NCBI GenBank assembly: GCA_965248445.1
Contig: CBDFJG010000002.1
Coordinates: 834,528 to 898,527, forward strand
DNA length: 64,000 nucleotides
From: Planctomycetota bacterium
GTDB lineage: Bacteria; Planctomycetota; JAJSAM01; JAJVHW01
Direction of reading: 5' to 3'
The position numbers were made by a program, and so were the translations under genes. The notes beneath the pieces are model-generated. The model made no database searches. It was not told the DNA's origin and saw only the letters and a program-made list of their open reading frames with translations. This document shows positions 1 through 10,177 of this stretch, in pieces; positions within the stretch are counted from its first letter, which is position 1; the number at the start of each line of letters is the position of its first letter.

Positions 1-260
1 AGGCCCCATCGATCGGGAAGACCGGACAGCGACCCCTTTGCCGCGCGCCCGGTGGCCGAAGAACTCGCGGAAAGGAAGGACGCCCGGACAGCGACAGGGG
101 CCAAACGCGGGTTGATGAGAGATTGGGGAAATCTGGTTCATCAGGAGTGTTGCGTTCTAAGGGGGTGTAGCGAATGGGCTCCCTGCCGCCTGTCCAGTTG
201 GCCTTCGTTTAACCGGATCTCGGCGACCGCTTTGGCCGAGTCCGCATGCCCTTCATGCGC

Positions 261-1792
261 GTACCCGTTCAGCCCTTGGTTCTGAGCTCGGATCCAGATC
301 GCTTTCCGTTCGGTCGATGAATCGGATGTGGGCACCGATGAGCTGCGTGATCTGGTCGAGCGCCTGACCCGTCGTCTGGACGCTCGGGACGAGACGATTG
401 CCGAGCAGGCGGAGGTGATCGAGCGGCAGGCGGCACGGATCGACGATCTCGAGAGCCGTCTTCGCCGGGACTCCCGCACCTCCTCGCGCCCACCGTCCTC
501 GGATCCGTCGTGGTCCAAGAAGCGGCGGCGGCGCAAGCCGCCGTCGGACAAGCGCCAGGGTGCGCAGCCCGGCCACAAAGGGGCGACGCGCAAGCTCGTG
601 GACGAGTCCGAGGTCGATGGCGTAGAGGACCACCGCCCGCGCGAGTGCAGCGCGTGTGGGAGCGACGTGCTCGTCCCGATCGATCGCGCCCCGACACGCC
701 AGCAGGTCTTCGAGGTCCCGCCACGGCTGATCCAGGTGACCGAGCACCGGTTGCACCGGGCACGGTGCACGGACTGTGGCGCCACGTCCACTGCCTCGCT
801 GCCAAGCGGTGTGACGGCGAGTCCCTTCGGCCCGCGACTCTGTGCGCTCACCGCGGCTCTGGTCGGCGTCTTCCGCCTGTCGCGGCGCGAGACCAGTCGT
901 CTGTTGCGTGACGTCATCGGCGTCTCGATGTCACCGGGCACGGTCAGTGCGATCGAGGAGCGGGTGTCGGGAGCCATCTCCTCAGCGCACATCGAGGCCC
1001 TCGGGGCCGTACGCACGAGCAGCGTCGCCTATGTAGACGAGACACCGTGGTCGCGTCGTGGCACGCTGCATTGGCTGTGGAGCGCGGTCTGTGAGCACGC
1101 CACGGTCCATCGTATCGATCGGCGCAGGAGCGCCAAGGCCATGCGGCGACTCGTGGGCAAGCGCTTCAGGGGCGTCCTCGTGACCGACCGTATGGGCGCT
1201 TACGACCAGCATCCCACCGAGCGCCGCCAGATCTGCTGGGCGCATCTCGAGAGGGACTTTCGAGCGCTGGCCGAGGGCTCGCGCGGCGGCCGGCGCTTCG
1301 GCAAGCAGGCCGTGCGTCTCGCCCAGGCTGTCATGCGAGCTCAGCGTCACTTCGGCGAGCACGGGGACCGCGACCGCATGCGGCGTGAGCTGCGTCTCAC
1401 ATGGGACCGACTCCTGACGCTGCTCGTGCGCGGCGCAGACAGCAAGCACCGCCGAGTACGCGGAACGACTCGGCATCTGCTCGACCGAGCGGAGGCTCTG
1501 TGGACCTTCGCCGACGTCCCTGGCGTCTCCCCGACGAACAACGCCGCTGAGCGCGCGGTGCGCAAGCCGGTCCTGTGGAGACGCGCAACGCACGGAAGTC
1601 AGAGCGAGCGCGGACTCCGCTTCGTCGAGCGCATCCTGACCGTCACCGCCACGCTCCGCCAGCGTGGCGAGAGCGTCTTCGATTACCTCGCAGACGTCAG
1701 CGCGGCACTCGCGCACAACCGCTCGCCGCCGGCTCTCGTCGCGCTCCCGATCACGCGCTGAGGCCGCGGATCGTCATACCCTGAACGGGTAC
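261..1792 (+). mobile_element. IS66-family insertion sequence, single-ORF (ISBst12-like) type, copy 1, 1532 bp
   Basis: Perfect 12-bp terminal inverted repeats GTACCCGTTCAG (261-272) / CTGAACGGGTAC (1781-1792) enclose one transposase ORF. The 8-bp flanks (tcatgcgc / ctctagcg) differ, so no target duplication. Confidence 0.93.
328..1761 (+). CDS. IS66-family DDE transposase (TnpC-like), 477 aa
   Basis: N-terminal coiled coil, SSxPPSSD and GAQPGHKG motifs, zinc-finger cysteines (CSACG, CTDCG), catalytic-region motifs VDET, LVTD, QICWAHL and PTNNAAERAVR. Confidence 0.93.
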   Translation: MGTDELRDLVERLTRRLDARDETIAEQAEVIERQAARIDDLESRLRRDSRTSSRPPSSDPSWSKKRRRRKPPSDKRQGAQPGHKGATRKLVDESEVDGVEDHRPRECSACGSDVLVPIDRAPTRQQVFEVPPRLIQVTEHRLHRARCTDCGATSTASLPSGVTASPFGPRLCALTAALVGVFRLSRRETSRLLRDVIGVSMSPGTVSAIEERVSGAISSAHIEALGAVRTSSVAYVDETPWSRRGTLHWLWSAVCEHATVHRIDRRRSAKAMRRLVGKRFRGVLVTDRMGAYDQHPTERRQICWAHLERDFRALAEGSRGGRRFGKQAVRLAQAVMRAQRHFGEHGDRDRMRRELRLTWDRLLTLLVRGADSKHRRVRGTTRHLLDRAEALWTFADVPGVSPTNNAAERAVRKPVLWRRATHGSQSERGLRFVERILTVTATLRQRGESVFDYLADVSAALAHNRSPPALVALPITR

Positions 1793-1866
1793 CTCTAGCG
1801 TGCCTGTCGTTGCGAAGAAACCTCGGAGCGAGCCCGCTCCGGATCGAACACGTAGGAGACTCGAAG

Positions 1867-2847
1867 ATGCGTACTCACTCACGGATGCGAAGCCCGTTGC
1901 TCGCTGCAACCGCAATCGTCGCGGCGGGAGCCCTCGTGGCGACACTCGTGCTGCCGGTTCTCGACGCTGAGGCTAGGTCCAGCAAGGCGTGGCGGCAGCT
2001 CGCAGGCAAGCTGCGCTCGTCCTCGAAGGCCGAGGCCAAGGCCGATTACCTCCTCGCCCTCGCGCGAGCGGGACTCATCGTCGACAAGGGCGACCGCGGC
2101 GAGGCCATCGCCACCGCGAAGGAGGAGTTCAAGGAGGAGAAGGGCCTCACCAAGGACGCCTACAAGGCGCGGCTCGAGCTCGCCGACGATCTCGAGGAGG
2201 ACGCGGTGTACTCCGTCGAACTCGACCCGACCGACTTCGTGGCAGGCATCAGCCATCCGTTCCTGCCGTACGCGGTGGGGAACGAGTGGACCTACGTGGG
2301 CGAGACCGAGGACGGCACCGAGACGATCGTCGTGACCGTCCTGAGCGAGACGAAGGAGATCCTCGGTGTCACCTGCACCGTCGTGCGCGACACCGTCTCC
2401 ATCGGTGGCGAACTGGTCGAGGACACACGCGACTGGTACGCGCAGGACAACCTGGGCAACGTCTGGTACATGGGCGAGATCGCCCTCAACTACGAGGACG
2501 GCCAGATCACGGACGTCGACGGCTCGTGGGAGGCCGGCGTGGACGGCGCCCAGCCGGGGATCGTGATGCCGGCCGTGCTCACGGTGGGCGACGTCTACCG
2601 CACCGAGTTCTATGCCGGTGAGGCCGAAGACTACATCGAGATCCTCGCGCTCGACGCGTCGGCGACGGTCCCGTTCGGAGGCACGTACACCAATTGCCTG
2701 CAGAACTTCGACGGCACGCCGATGGAGCCCGATGTCGAGGAGCACAAGTTCTACGCCGACGGCATCGGCCTCGTCCTCGAGGAGAAGCCGCTGACGGAGG
2801 ACCAGGACGAAGAGCGGATCGAGCTCGTCAGCTTCACCACGGACTAG
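1867..2847 (+). CDS. Secreted/exported acidic conserved hypothetical protein
   Basis: AGGAGA RBS upstream of ATG 1867; hydrophobic signal segment; acidic beta-rich domain (EDTRDWYAQD..GNVWYMGE..GSWEAGVDGAQPGIVMP). Confidence 0.75.
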   Translation: MRTHSRMRSPLLAATAIVAAGALVATLVLPVLDAEARSSKAWRQLAGKLRSSSKAEAKADYLLALARAGLIVDKGDRGEAIATAKEEFKEEKGLTKDAYKARLELADDLEEDAVYSVELDPTDFVAGISHPFLPYAVGNEWTYVGETEDGTETIVVTVLSETKEILGVTCTVVRDTVSIGGELVEDTRDWYAQDNLGNVWYMGEIALNYEDGQITDVDGSWEAGVDGAQPGIVMPAVLTVGDVYRTEFYAGEAEDYIEILALDASATVPFGGTYTNCLQNFDGTPMEPDVEEHKFYADGIGLVLEEKPLTEDQDEERIELVSFTTD

Positions 2848-2853
2848 ACGCGT

Positions 2854-3947
2854 CAGGGGATCCCCTCTTCACTCAGGTCAGGCTGCGGCGGCGAGTGGCG
2901 TGCGCGCATCGGTTCGCCCAACGATCTCCCAGTGGAAGGGAGGGCATCGCCGCACGGCGCAGGCGAGTAGTCGTTGGAACAGCAGTCCACGTCGCTTCGA
3001 TGTGCGTCGGTTGAACCGGAACTCGAACTCCGCCAGGTAGCTGGGGAGGTACTTGCGTCGCACGCCGCCCTGGAACGTGCCCAAGAGCACGCGATGGAGC
3101 AGCGAGAAGACGCGGTGGATCGCAGGTAGCACAACGTGTGCCTCGTCGTCGGACTTCGACACGTTGGTCGGTCGATGGTCGTGCTCCAAGTCGTCAGCCG
3201 GCTTTCGATAGCTACGCCAGTCGTCGGTGAACAGCACTGAGCGTGCGGCGACGTGCTGCTCGAGGAACGCCTTGACCGTGTCAGCCGAACCATCGGCGAT
3301 GGATTCGAGACGGATGCGACCGATGAGGGCGTGACGCGGTGAGATCTCGACGGCTCCCATGACCAGCGCGCTGCGGTCGCCGACCTTGGGACGCCCCGGC
3401 CGGCCATGTCGCAGTCCGCCTTCCCAGGTCTCGTCGATCTCGAGGTGTCCGCGCAGCGGCGCGGTGGATCGCATCGCGATGGCGTTTCGCAACTTGTGCA
3501 GCCATGTCCAAGCGGTCTGGTACTTGGCCAGTCCAAGCTCGCGCTGCAGCTCGAGTGCGGAGATGCCTCGCTTGCTCGACACGAACAGATACATGGCCAG
3601 GAACCACAGCCGTAGCGGCTTGCGAGACCCGTGCATGACGGTGCCGGCGGTGAGCGAAACCTGCTTGTGGCAGGCACAACACTCGTCGAGCCGGCGTGAC
3701 GGCAGGAACCACGCCTCCTCGCCGCCGCACGCTGGACAGCGGAAGCCGCCCTCGCCGTACTTCCACCGGCGCAGCAGGGCTGCACACCGATCTTCGTCGG
3801 AGAACCTCACGACAAACTCGGCGAGTGTGCCCGGCAGCGAGTCGTCGCGCGCAAAGGGGATCATGGCACCGGTCATCGCACCTCCTTGTAAGTGCGATGT
3901 TAGTCACCCGATCGGACGCTCAACCTGAGCGAAGGGGGGAGCCCCTG
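2854..3947 (-). mobile_element. IS1595-family insertion sequence
   Basis: Imperfect inverted repeats CAGGGGATCCCCTCTTCACTCAGG (2854-2877) and CCTGAGCGAAGGGGGGAGCCCCTG (3924-3947), 21/24 matching; exact ends uncertain by a few bp; no target duplication seen. Confidence 0.85.
2878..3876 (-). CDS. IS1595-family (ISXO2-like) transposase
   Basis: Zinc ribbon (CPACG..CCAC), SLTAGT..H, GISALELQRELG HTH, EIDET, TDDWRSY and YLAEFEFRFNRR motifs. Confidence 0.92.
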   Translation of the reverse strand: MTGAMIPFARDDSLPGTLAEFVVRFSDEDRCAALLRRWKYGEGGFRCPACGGEEAWFLPSRRLDECCACHKQVSLTAGTVMHGSRKPLRLWFLAMYLFVSSKRGISALELQRELGLAKYQTAWTWLHKLRNAIAMRSTAPLRGHLEIDETWEGGLRHGRPGRPKVGDRSALVMGAVEISPRHALIGRIRLESIADGSADTVKAFLEQHVAARSVLFTDDWRSYRKPADDLEHDHRPTNVSKSDDEAHVVLPAIHRVFSLLHRVLLGTFQGGVRRKYLPSYLAEFEFRFNRRTSKRRGLLFQRLLACAVRRCPPFHWEIVGRTDARTPLAAAA

Positions 3948-3950
3948 CCC

Positions 3951-4901
3951 CTACTTCTCGCTGCTGCTCTCTTCGCTGCTGTCCTCGAAGGTCGAGACGC
4001 TGATGACGGTTCCGGTCGAGAAGCCCATCCCCATCCCGGAGTCACCGAACGCGTTGTCGTAGCCCTTCCCCTTCCAGTCCTTCTTCTGCTGATCGTTGAG
4101 CGTGTTGTCGACGCGCTTGCGGTACGCGTCGTTCGCTTCGCGCGCCTTGGTGAAGTCGAGGTTGCGGATGCGTACGGGCAGACGCCGGTCGCCGGTGTCG
4201 TCCGGCTCGATCTTCATCGCTTCCTTGACGGCGGCGTCCCGCTCGGTAATCGCAGACTTGATCTCGTCGATCTGCACTTCGGACAGCCCGACCTCGTCGC
4301 GTGCCTTGTCCCAGCGCTCGGCCTCCGGCAACTTCCGCAGTTCAAGGCCCTTGGTCAGCCCGCCGAGCGAGAGCCGAATTGCGTCGGTCGCACCCTCCAG
4401 CGTTCCCAGTTCGGTCACGCGGCCGTCGAGAGACTCGCCCAGGCCCTCGAGCGCCGTCGCGAGCGCCTTCTGCGCGTCGTCGAACACTTGGATCTCGAGG
4501 TCGGCGCGATCGCGCTGCAACGCAGCGTCCTTGACGAGAGTACCGAGTCTGCCGACACGTCCCTCACGGAGCATCCGTCGCAGCGCGGCATGCGCATCGG
4601 CTTCATCATCGGCCGTGTCCGCAACGAGGGATCCGTTCGCCAGTTTGCGACCGGTCTCCGCGAGGTCGATCTCGAACTGCTGTACGCGGCGGCTCATGCG
4701 GCGTAATTCGGTGCTCTGCTCGTCGATGCTCTCTTGCGTGGAGTCGATCGACGTGCGCAAGCCGTCCAGTGCAGCCAACACCTCGGCGTTGTCGTCGCCG
4801 GTGTCCGCGCCGCTGTCGAGCACCATCGCGGCGCCCACGCCGCCCGCACCGGCGGCGGCACCTGTGCCGGCCAGCAAGAGGAGAAGTTCCTTACCCGTCA
4901 T
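3951..4901 (-). CDS. Membrane-anchored/exported coiled-coil hypothetical protein
   Basis: 316-aa ORF with hydrophobic Gly/Ala N-terminus and heptad-rich helical body; protein-like composition. Confidence 0.7.
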   Translation of the reverse strand: MTGKELLLLLAGTGAAAGAGGVGAAMVLDSGADTGDDNAEVLAALDGLRTSIDSTQESIDEQSTELRRMSRRVQQFEIDLAETGRKLANGSLVADTADDEADAHAALRRMLREGRVGRLGTLVKDAALQRDRADLEIQVFDDAQKALATALEGLGESLDGRVTELGTLEGATDAIRLSLGGLTKGLELRKLPEAERWDKARDEVGLSEVQIDEIKSAITERDAAVKEAMKIEPDDTGDRRLPVRIRNLDFTKAREANDAYRKRVDNTLNDQQKKDWKGKGYDNAFGDSGMGMGFSTGTVISVSTFEDSSEESSSEK

Positions 4902-5085
4902 CGTTTGCCTCCCGCGACCCGGCCGCCCGCCTCCCGGCGCCGACCAGGGTGGCCGACATCGCCGGGGCGAGGCCTCATCGTCGCATCACCCGCTTGGACG
5001 CGCCAGGTGCGCAGCCGTGACACGCGATCGTAGACTGGCACGGGACCAGGATCGCGGGAGGTGGACACCAGATGAGGCGCGAGGC

Positions 5086-8000
5086 GTGAGACGGCTCCTG
5101 CCCGTCGTGGGGCTCCTGCTGCTGCTCATCCTGGCCGCCGGGGCGGCGTTCGTGGTGCTGGGGGGGAGTGGCGAGGAGACCGCATCGGGTCCGGGTGGCG
5201 GCAATCCCTCGGGCGCTGCCAGCGACGCCGACGGCTCGGACCGTGGCAGCGGCGACGGCAACCGCGCGCGCGCCGGCGCACCGGGGCGGATCCGCGGCGT
5301 CGTGCGATTGCTGGCCGAGGACGCGCCCGCACCGGGCGTTGCCGTGACGCTGGGCACGCCGGATCGCGAACCGTTCACGGCGTACACCGACGCCGACGGT
5401 TCGTTCGAGTTCAAGAGCGTCGTGCCCTCACAGCCCTGGGATCTCGCGATCGCGCACGGTGAGTACGCGCCGCTGCTGCGACCGGGTCTCGTCGTCGAAG
5501 CGAAACGCACGCTGGATCTGGGCACTCTGTTCCTCGCGTCCGGCGTACCCGTGGTCGTCGAGGTACACCGTCTCGACGGCACTCCGCTCGCGGGCGCGCT
5601 CGTCGGCGCGTACGTCCCGGGCGAAGGCACGGCGACGTTCGACCTGCCCCACGCGGTGCGTCCCGTCGCAACGATCCCGACGGACGCGAAGGGCGAGGCC
5701 CACTTCCCGGCACTCCCGCCCGGCACGTGGACGTTCACCGCCGAGCGGCCCGGCTACGCCAAGCGCGGGCTCCCCGGCGCACTGGTGCACGCCGGATCGG
5801 AGGGCGAGCGCTTCCGGCTCGTGCTCGAGCGCGGCTACTCACTGAGCGGTCTCGTCATCGACCACGACGGCCGCCCCGTGCCCGGCGCTCCCCTCCTCGC
5901 GATCCGACGCACACTGACGAGCGACCAGAGCACGGCGCCGCTCGCAGTGCGCGGCGTGTCCGAAGCTGACGGGCGCTACCGACTCGACGGTCTGCCCGGA
6001 CAGGACATGGTCATCTGGGCCGGCTGGCCCGGGAAGCGGTTGGGCGTGCTTGCCGCGGTGCGGCTCCCGGGAGTGACCGAGCTCGACCTCGTGCTCGAGA
6101 GAGGCGGACGCATCGAGGGCCGCGTCGTCAAGGCCGACGGCGGCGACGCCGTGGAGGGTGCGACCGTCACCGCCAGCCTCTCCGTCCTGAACGCGTTCTC
6201 ACTGCAGTTCGAGACAGTCACGGACGACAGCGGCCACTTCGTGTTCGACATGCCCATGCCCGGCGGCATCGAGTCACTCGGGGCCACGGCCGCGGGGCTC
6301 GGCAGCGGCGTCGCACAGCTCGGCTACGGGGGCGAGATCCAACTGCCCGAGGGCTACACCGCCACGCGCGATATCCGCCTCGGCAGTGCCGGCACCGTCA
6401 GCGGCGTGATCCGTGGTCCGGACGGACCGCTTGTGGGCGCGATGGTGGGCGCGACGAATCGGGAGTGGTGGACCGGCGTCCAGACCAACGCAGGGGGGCG
6501 CTACGAGCTGACCGAACTGCCAAGTGCGCGGTACATGATCGTCGTGTCGCGGGCGGGTCTGACGCAGCCGGACAAGCCGGACAATCCCGATGCCTCCCTC
6601 GGGGATGGAACCGCGCCGGAGAAGTACGTCGCAGATCTGACGTCAGCCGACCGTCTGGAGATCGACATCCAGATGGAACGGGTCGGCGACATCTCCGGAC
6701 GCATCGTCGACGCGGAAGACAAGCCGATCCCAGGGGCGACCGTGTCGGCGTCGGATGCGGGAAGCGTCGGCGCGACCGCGGACGCCGACGGCCGGTTCGT
6801 CATCCCGGGATCTCCCTCCGACAACGTGTACTCCGTGGACGTGTCGCACGAGCGCTTTCGGACCAAGACCGAGAACGTGCCGTTCCTGGTCGAGGGCGCC
6901 GAGCCGCCTGAGATGCTGATCAAGCTGAGCATCGCGCCGCTCATCCAGGGCACCGTCGTCGACGTGAACGGGTCGGTTCCCGACGGCGCGTACGTGCAGG
7001 TTGTGCAGTGGGATCCGGATTTGCGCGATCCCGTTGCCGAGGAGTGGTCTTGGCTCTCGGCCGCGCGATTGCCCGTGGACGCGAACGGACGCTTCGAGCA
7101 CCGTGCCAACTCGGGGTTCGACTCGGGACGCATCGAGGTCCGGGCGGGCGCGCCCGGGTACGCATTCGTGGGCTCCGGATCGCTGCGGCTGCCCACGGAT
7201 GCGACGCCACTCGAGGTCCTGTTGACGCTCACGCCGGGCGACACCATCCGCGGACGGATCGAGACTCTCGACGGCTCGCCGGTCCCCCGCGCGTTCGTGG
7301 GAGCCATGGCAGCCGGAGCCGGCAGCGGACCTCAGGACGTGCGGTACCCCGGCGCGTGGGGGTCGCCCATCGTCGCGGTGAGCGGCGCAGACGGCCGGTT
7401 CACCATCGCGGCACTGCGTGAGGGCCGGTACATCCTCCGCGCGTGGTCCCGCGAGCACGTGGAGAAGCGCCTCGCTGTGGACGCACCCACTGACGAGGAA
7501 GTCGTGCTGCAACTCGGTTCCTCCCTGTCGATCTCCGGGCGCGTGGTCATCGACGGCCCGGGGTCGGCCGCGGGCGCGGAGGTCGATGCGGAGAACGAGG
7601 ACGACTGGACTCTCGGCCGCGTCGCGACGGACGGCACGTTCCGGCTGGAGGGTCTCTCTCCCGGCACGTACGAGGTGACACTGCGGCCGGCGCCCGACGA
7701 CCGGCAGAACGTGCAGACGACGACCGTGTCCGGTGTCGAGGCCGGGACGTCGAACCTGGTCGTGAACGCGCAGACGGGCAACGTGCTCTCCGGACTCGTT
7801 GTGGACGCCGACGGCACGCCACAGACCGAGCAGTACGTGGCGCTGTGGCGCGACGACACTCACTTCCTGAACATGATGACGGACGACGCAGGCAGGTTCG
7901 AGATCCCGGGACTCGACGAGGGCACGTACACCGTCGAGATCAGTTCCGAGACTCTCGAGGGCATCGGGAACCTGTTCGTCCACGGCGTACGCGCGGCGGA

Positions 8001-8796
8001 GCACCGCTTCGTGCTCCCCGCGCCGGTCGCCGTCTCGGGCAGGCTGCTGATGCCGGCCGGCGATGGCACGCTCGGAGCGACGGGCCTCTCGTTCTCGCCG
8101 CGCGAACCGTCCGCGACCGCAACCGGCTCGACGTTTCCATCGGGGCTCACGGCCCAGACCGACGACGAGGGACGCTTCGAGACCGTGCTGGCGCCCAACA
8201 CCGTCTACGTCGTGACACTTCCGAGTCACCCGACGCTCACGCTGCCGAAGAACACGGAAGTGCGCGCCGGGCAGGGCGAGATCCGTCTGACCGCCAGCGC
8301 CGGGCTCACGATCGATGGATCAGTAGTTGACGAGACCGGCGCCCCGTTAGCCGGGGCGCACGTGTGGACCGGCGGAGACGGGATCAACCGCTCCGCCGCG
8401 ACGGACAAGGACGGCGCGTTCCGTCTGAGCGGGCTCGACGAGCAGCCCGAGTATGTGGTCGGCGCGTCCGCCGATGGATTCATGAACACGAGCTCGATGG
8501 GGAAGCCCGGCGAGAGGGTCGAACTTCGTATGCAGCGCGGGTTCGCGCTCGGGGGCCGGATCGTGGACGAGACGGGCGATCCGTTCGGTGACGTTCAGGT
8601 GCGGCTCACGCTGATCGACAACGAGGACTCGAGTTACGAAACCACCGCCTGGGCGGACACGGACGGCAACTTCAGCGGTGGAGACGCGCACGCGGGGCGG
8701 TACGAAGTGCGTGTGCACACCGGGCGCGCGGGAATCGTGCTCGTGGGTGTGATCGAGGCGGGATCGACCGGCACGGTCCTCCGCGTTACGCGGTGA
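5086..8796 (+). CDS. Large membrane-anchored protein with tandem carboxypeptidase-regulatory-like (prealbumin-fold) repeats
   Basis: Likely GTG start at 5086 before a TM helix (LLPVVGLLLLLILAAGAAFVVL); many repeats of GxVxDxxGxPxxGAxV...TDxxGxF.xxGLxxGxY. The ORF-track extension from 4096 is antisense shadow. Confidence 0.85.
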   Translation: MRRLLPVVGLLLLLILAAGAAFVVLGGSGEETASGPGGGNPSGAASDADGSDRGSGDGNRARAGAPGRIRGVVRLLAEDAPAPGVAVTLGTPDREPFTAYTDADGSFEFKSVVPSQPWDLAIAHGEYAPLLRPGLVVEAKRTLDLGTLFLASGVPVVVEVHRLDGTPLAGALVGAYVPGEGTATFDLPHAVRPVATIPTDAKGEAHFPALPPGTWTFTAERPGYAKRGLPGALVHAGSEGERFRLVLERGYSLSGLVIDHDGRPVPGAPLLAIRRTLTSDQSTAPLAVRGVSEADGRYRLDGLPGQDMVIWAGWPGKRLGVLAAVRLPGVTELDLVLERGGRIEGRVVKADGGDAVEGATVTASLSVLNAFSLQFETVTDDSGHFVFDMPMPGGIESLGATAAGLGSGVAQLGYGGEIQLPEGYTATRDIRLGSAGTVSGVIRGPDGPLVGAMVGATNREWWTGVQTNAGGRYELTELPSARYMIVVSRAGLTQPDKPDNPDASLGDGTAPEKYVADLTSADRLEIDIQMERVGDISGRIVDAEDKPIPGATVSASDAGSVGATADADGRFVIPGSPSDNVYSVDVSHERFRTKTENVPFLVEGAEPPEMLIKLSIAPLIQGTVVDVNGSVPDGAYVQVVQWDPDLRDPVAEEWSWLSAARLPVDANGRFEHRANSGFDSGRIEVRAGAPGYAFVGSGSLRLPTDATPLEVLLTLTPGDTIRGRIETLDGSPVPRAFVGAMAAGAGSGPQDVRYPGAWGSPIVAVSGADGRFTIAALREGRYILRAWSREHVEKRLAVDAPTDEEVVLQLGSSLSISGRVVIDGPGSAAGAEVDAENEDDWTLGRVATDGTFRLEGLSPGTYEVTLRPAPDDRQNVQTTTVSGVEAGTSNLVVNAQTGNVLSGLVVDADGTPQTEQYVALWRDDTHFLNMMTDDAGRFEIPGLDEGTYTVEISSETLEGIGNLFVHGVRAAEHRFVLPAPVAVSGRLLMPAGDGTLGATGLSFSPREPSATATGSTFPSGLTAQTDDEGRFETVLAPNTVYVVTLPSHPTLTLPKNTEVRAGQGEIRLTASAGLTIDGSVVDETGAPLAGAHVWTGGDGINRSAATDKDGAFRLSGLDEQPEYVVGASADGFMNTSSMGKPGERVELRMQRGFALGGRIVDETGDPFGDVQVRLTLIDNEDSSYETTAWADTDGNFSGGDAHAGRYEVRVHTGRAGIVLVGVIEAGSTGTVLRVTR

Positions 8797-10177
8797 GCGC
8801 CCCGCCGGGGTAGCGCGCCGTCAACACGTCCACTAGCACCTCGCGCAACACGCCGCGGATGGGCTCGGACCCGCCGCCCGACGCCACCTTGCGGAGCGCA
8901 GACTCCATGCGCGCAGCACGGGGAGCCGAAGCCCGTTCGATCTCCGCCCGCCACCACGCCGGTTCCTCCACACGGCGGAAGTCGCCTCGGCCCCGCCCGA
9001 AGTGCGCAACCGCGAGGTAGCGCAGCAACGCCTGCTGGAGTAGCCCCGTCAGGAACTCCGGCGACCAGCGCACGGTCTTGTCCCCCTTGTCGCGGACCAG
9101 TTCGACGCCCTTGGCGGCACCGGCGCCACCGAGCGCGCCGAGGATCGCACCGAGCAGTGCGCCGCCGCCGAGCGTCATGCCGCCGGCCATCACGTCCGCC
9201 GCGAGCCCGCCGAGCGCGCCGCTCGCTGCCGCGCCGACCACAGCCCACACTCCGGTCTTCGGCTGATCGTGCTTCGGCGGACCGACCACGTCGTCGAGCG
9301 AAGCCTGGAGCGCCTCGACGCTCCGCCCGGACAGGCCGTGCGCAGCAACCAGCCTCTCCATGAGCGCGCTCGTTTCCGCCTCGAGGGACGTCGAGAGCCG
9401 GTCGAGAGCCGCGCTCGCCGCCTTGCGTGCGTTGCCGCCGTCCGGCAGTGGCTCCGTGGTGCGCGCCCCCGCTGCGACGTACTCCGCCAGGTGTGCGACG
9501 CACGCCTCGAACACGGTGAGGTTGCGCGCCCGCCAAGCGGCCACGAGCCCGTTCATGGCCGCGGCTTTTTCACCGGCCTCGGGCAACACCTGGGCGACAC
9601 GTTCGAACAGCCGCTCCTCTTGCACCCAGCAGCGCGCGAACGCGTCAAGGGGGAGCACGTCGCGCACCACTTCATGTTCGCCAACGAGTTGTTGCCAGCG
9701 GGCGAGGTGCCCGGTTTCGTCAGCACCGGCGGTCTGATTGAGGACGAGGACGACGGGACGACCGATCCACCCGAGCACTTCGAGTTCCGGCGCGACGTAC
9801 CCGGCGTCGTGGGGATCCTCCGCGGCGTTCACGAGGTACAGCACCGCGTCCGCTTCGTCGCGCACGTTGCGCACGGCCTCTTGCGAGCAGAAGAGTGCTC
9901 GATTCGAGAAGCGGTCCCACACCTGGTGCATCAACCAGCCGACGGGACTGCCCTCCTGCCGCAACCGCTTGATGAGCCGGGCGGTGTCGCCGAAGCCCGG
10001 CGTGTCCCAGAGGCGCAGGACGTCGCCGTCGGATCGGATTAGCTCGTGCGCCTCGCTGATGTCGGTGACGTGCGCTTGGTCGAGCACCGCGCCGACATCA
10101 CGGCGCAGAAGAGTCCTCGCCAGTGTCGTCTTGCCGACGTTCGTGTGCGAGACGAGGGAGACGGTGACGGTGTTCAC
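8786..10177 (-). CDS. P-loop GTPase with DUF3482-type C-terminal region
   Basis: G1 SHTNVGKTT, G3 LWDTPGF, G4-like VLNQ; Gly-rich hydrophobic hairpin (GAAASGALGGLAADVMAGGMTLGGG) and LAVAHFGRGRG. Confidence 0.82.
   Translation of the reverse strand: MNTVTVSLVSHTNVGKTTLARTLLRRDVGAVLDQAHVTDISEAHELIRSDGDVLRLWDTPGFGDTARLIKRLRQEGSPVGWLMHQVWDRFSNRALFCSQEAVRNVRDEADAVLYLVNAAEDPHDAGYVAPELEVLGWIGRPVVLVLNQTAGADETGHLARWQQLVGEHEVVRDVLPLDAFARCWVQEERLFERVAQVLPEAGEKAAAMNGLVAAWRARNLTVFEACVAHLAEYVAAGARTTEPLPDGGNARKAASAALDRLSTSLEAETSALMERLVAAHGLSGRSVEALQASLDDVVGPPKHDQPKTGVWAVVGAAASGALGGLAADVMAGGMTLGGGALLGAILGALGGAGAAKGVELVRDKGDKTVRWSPEFLTGLLQQALLRYLAVAHFGRGRGDFRRVEEPAWWRAEIERASAPRAARMESALRKVASGGGSEPIRGVLREVLVDVLTARYPGGALTA

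Noticed and set aside
22..95. 12-bp direct repeat CCGGACAGCGAC (22-33, 84-95)
   Set aside because: Only two copies at the window edge with no context to interpret.
4096..5085. N-terminal 330 aa of the 1566-aa ORF
   Set aside because: Ser/Arg-rich antisense of 3951-4901; the real protein begins near the TM helix at 5086.
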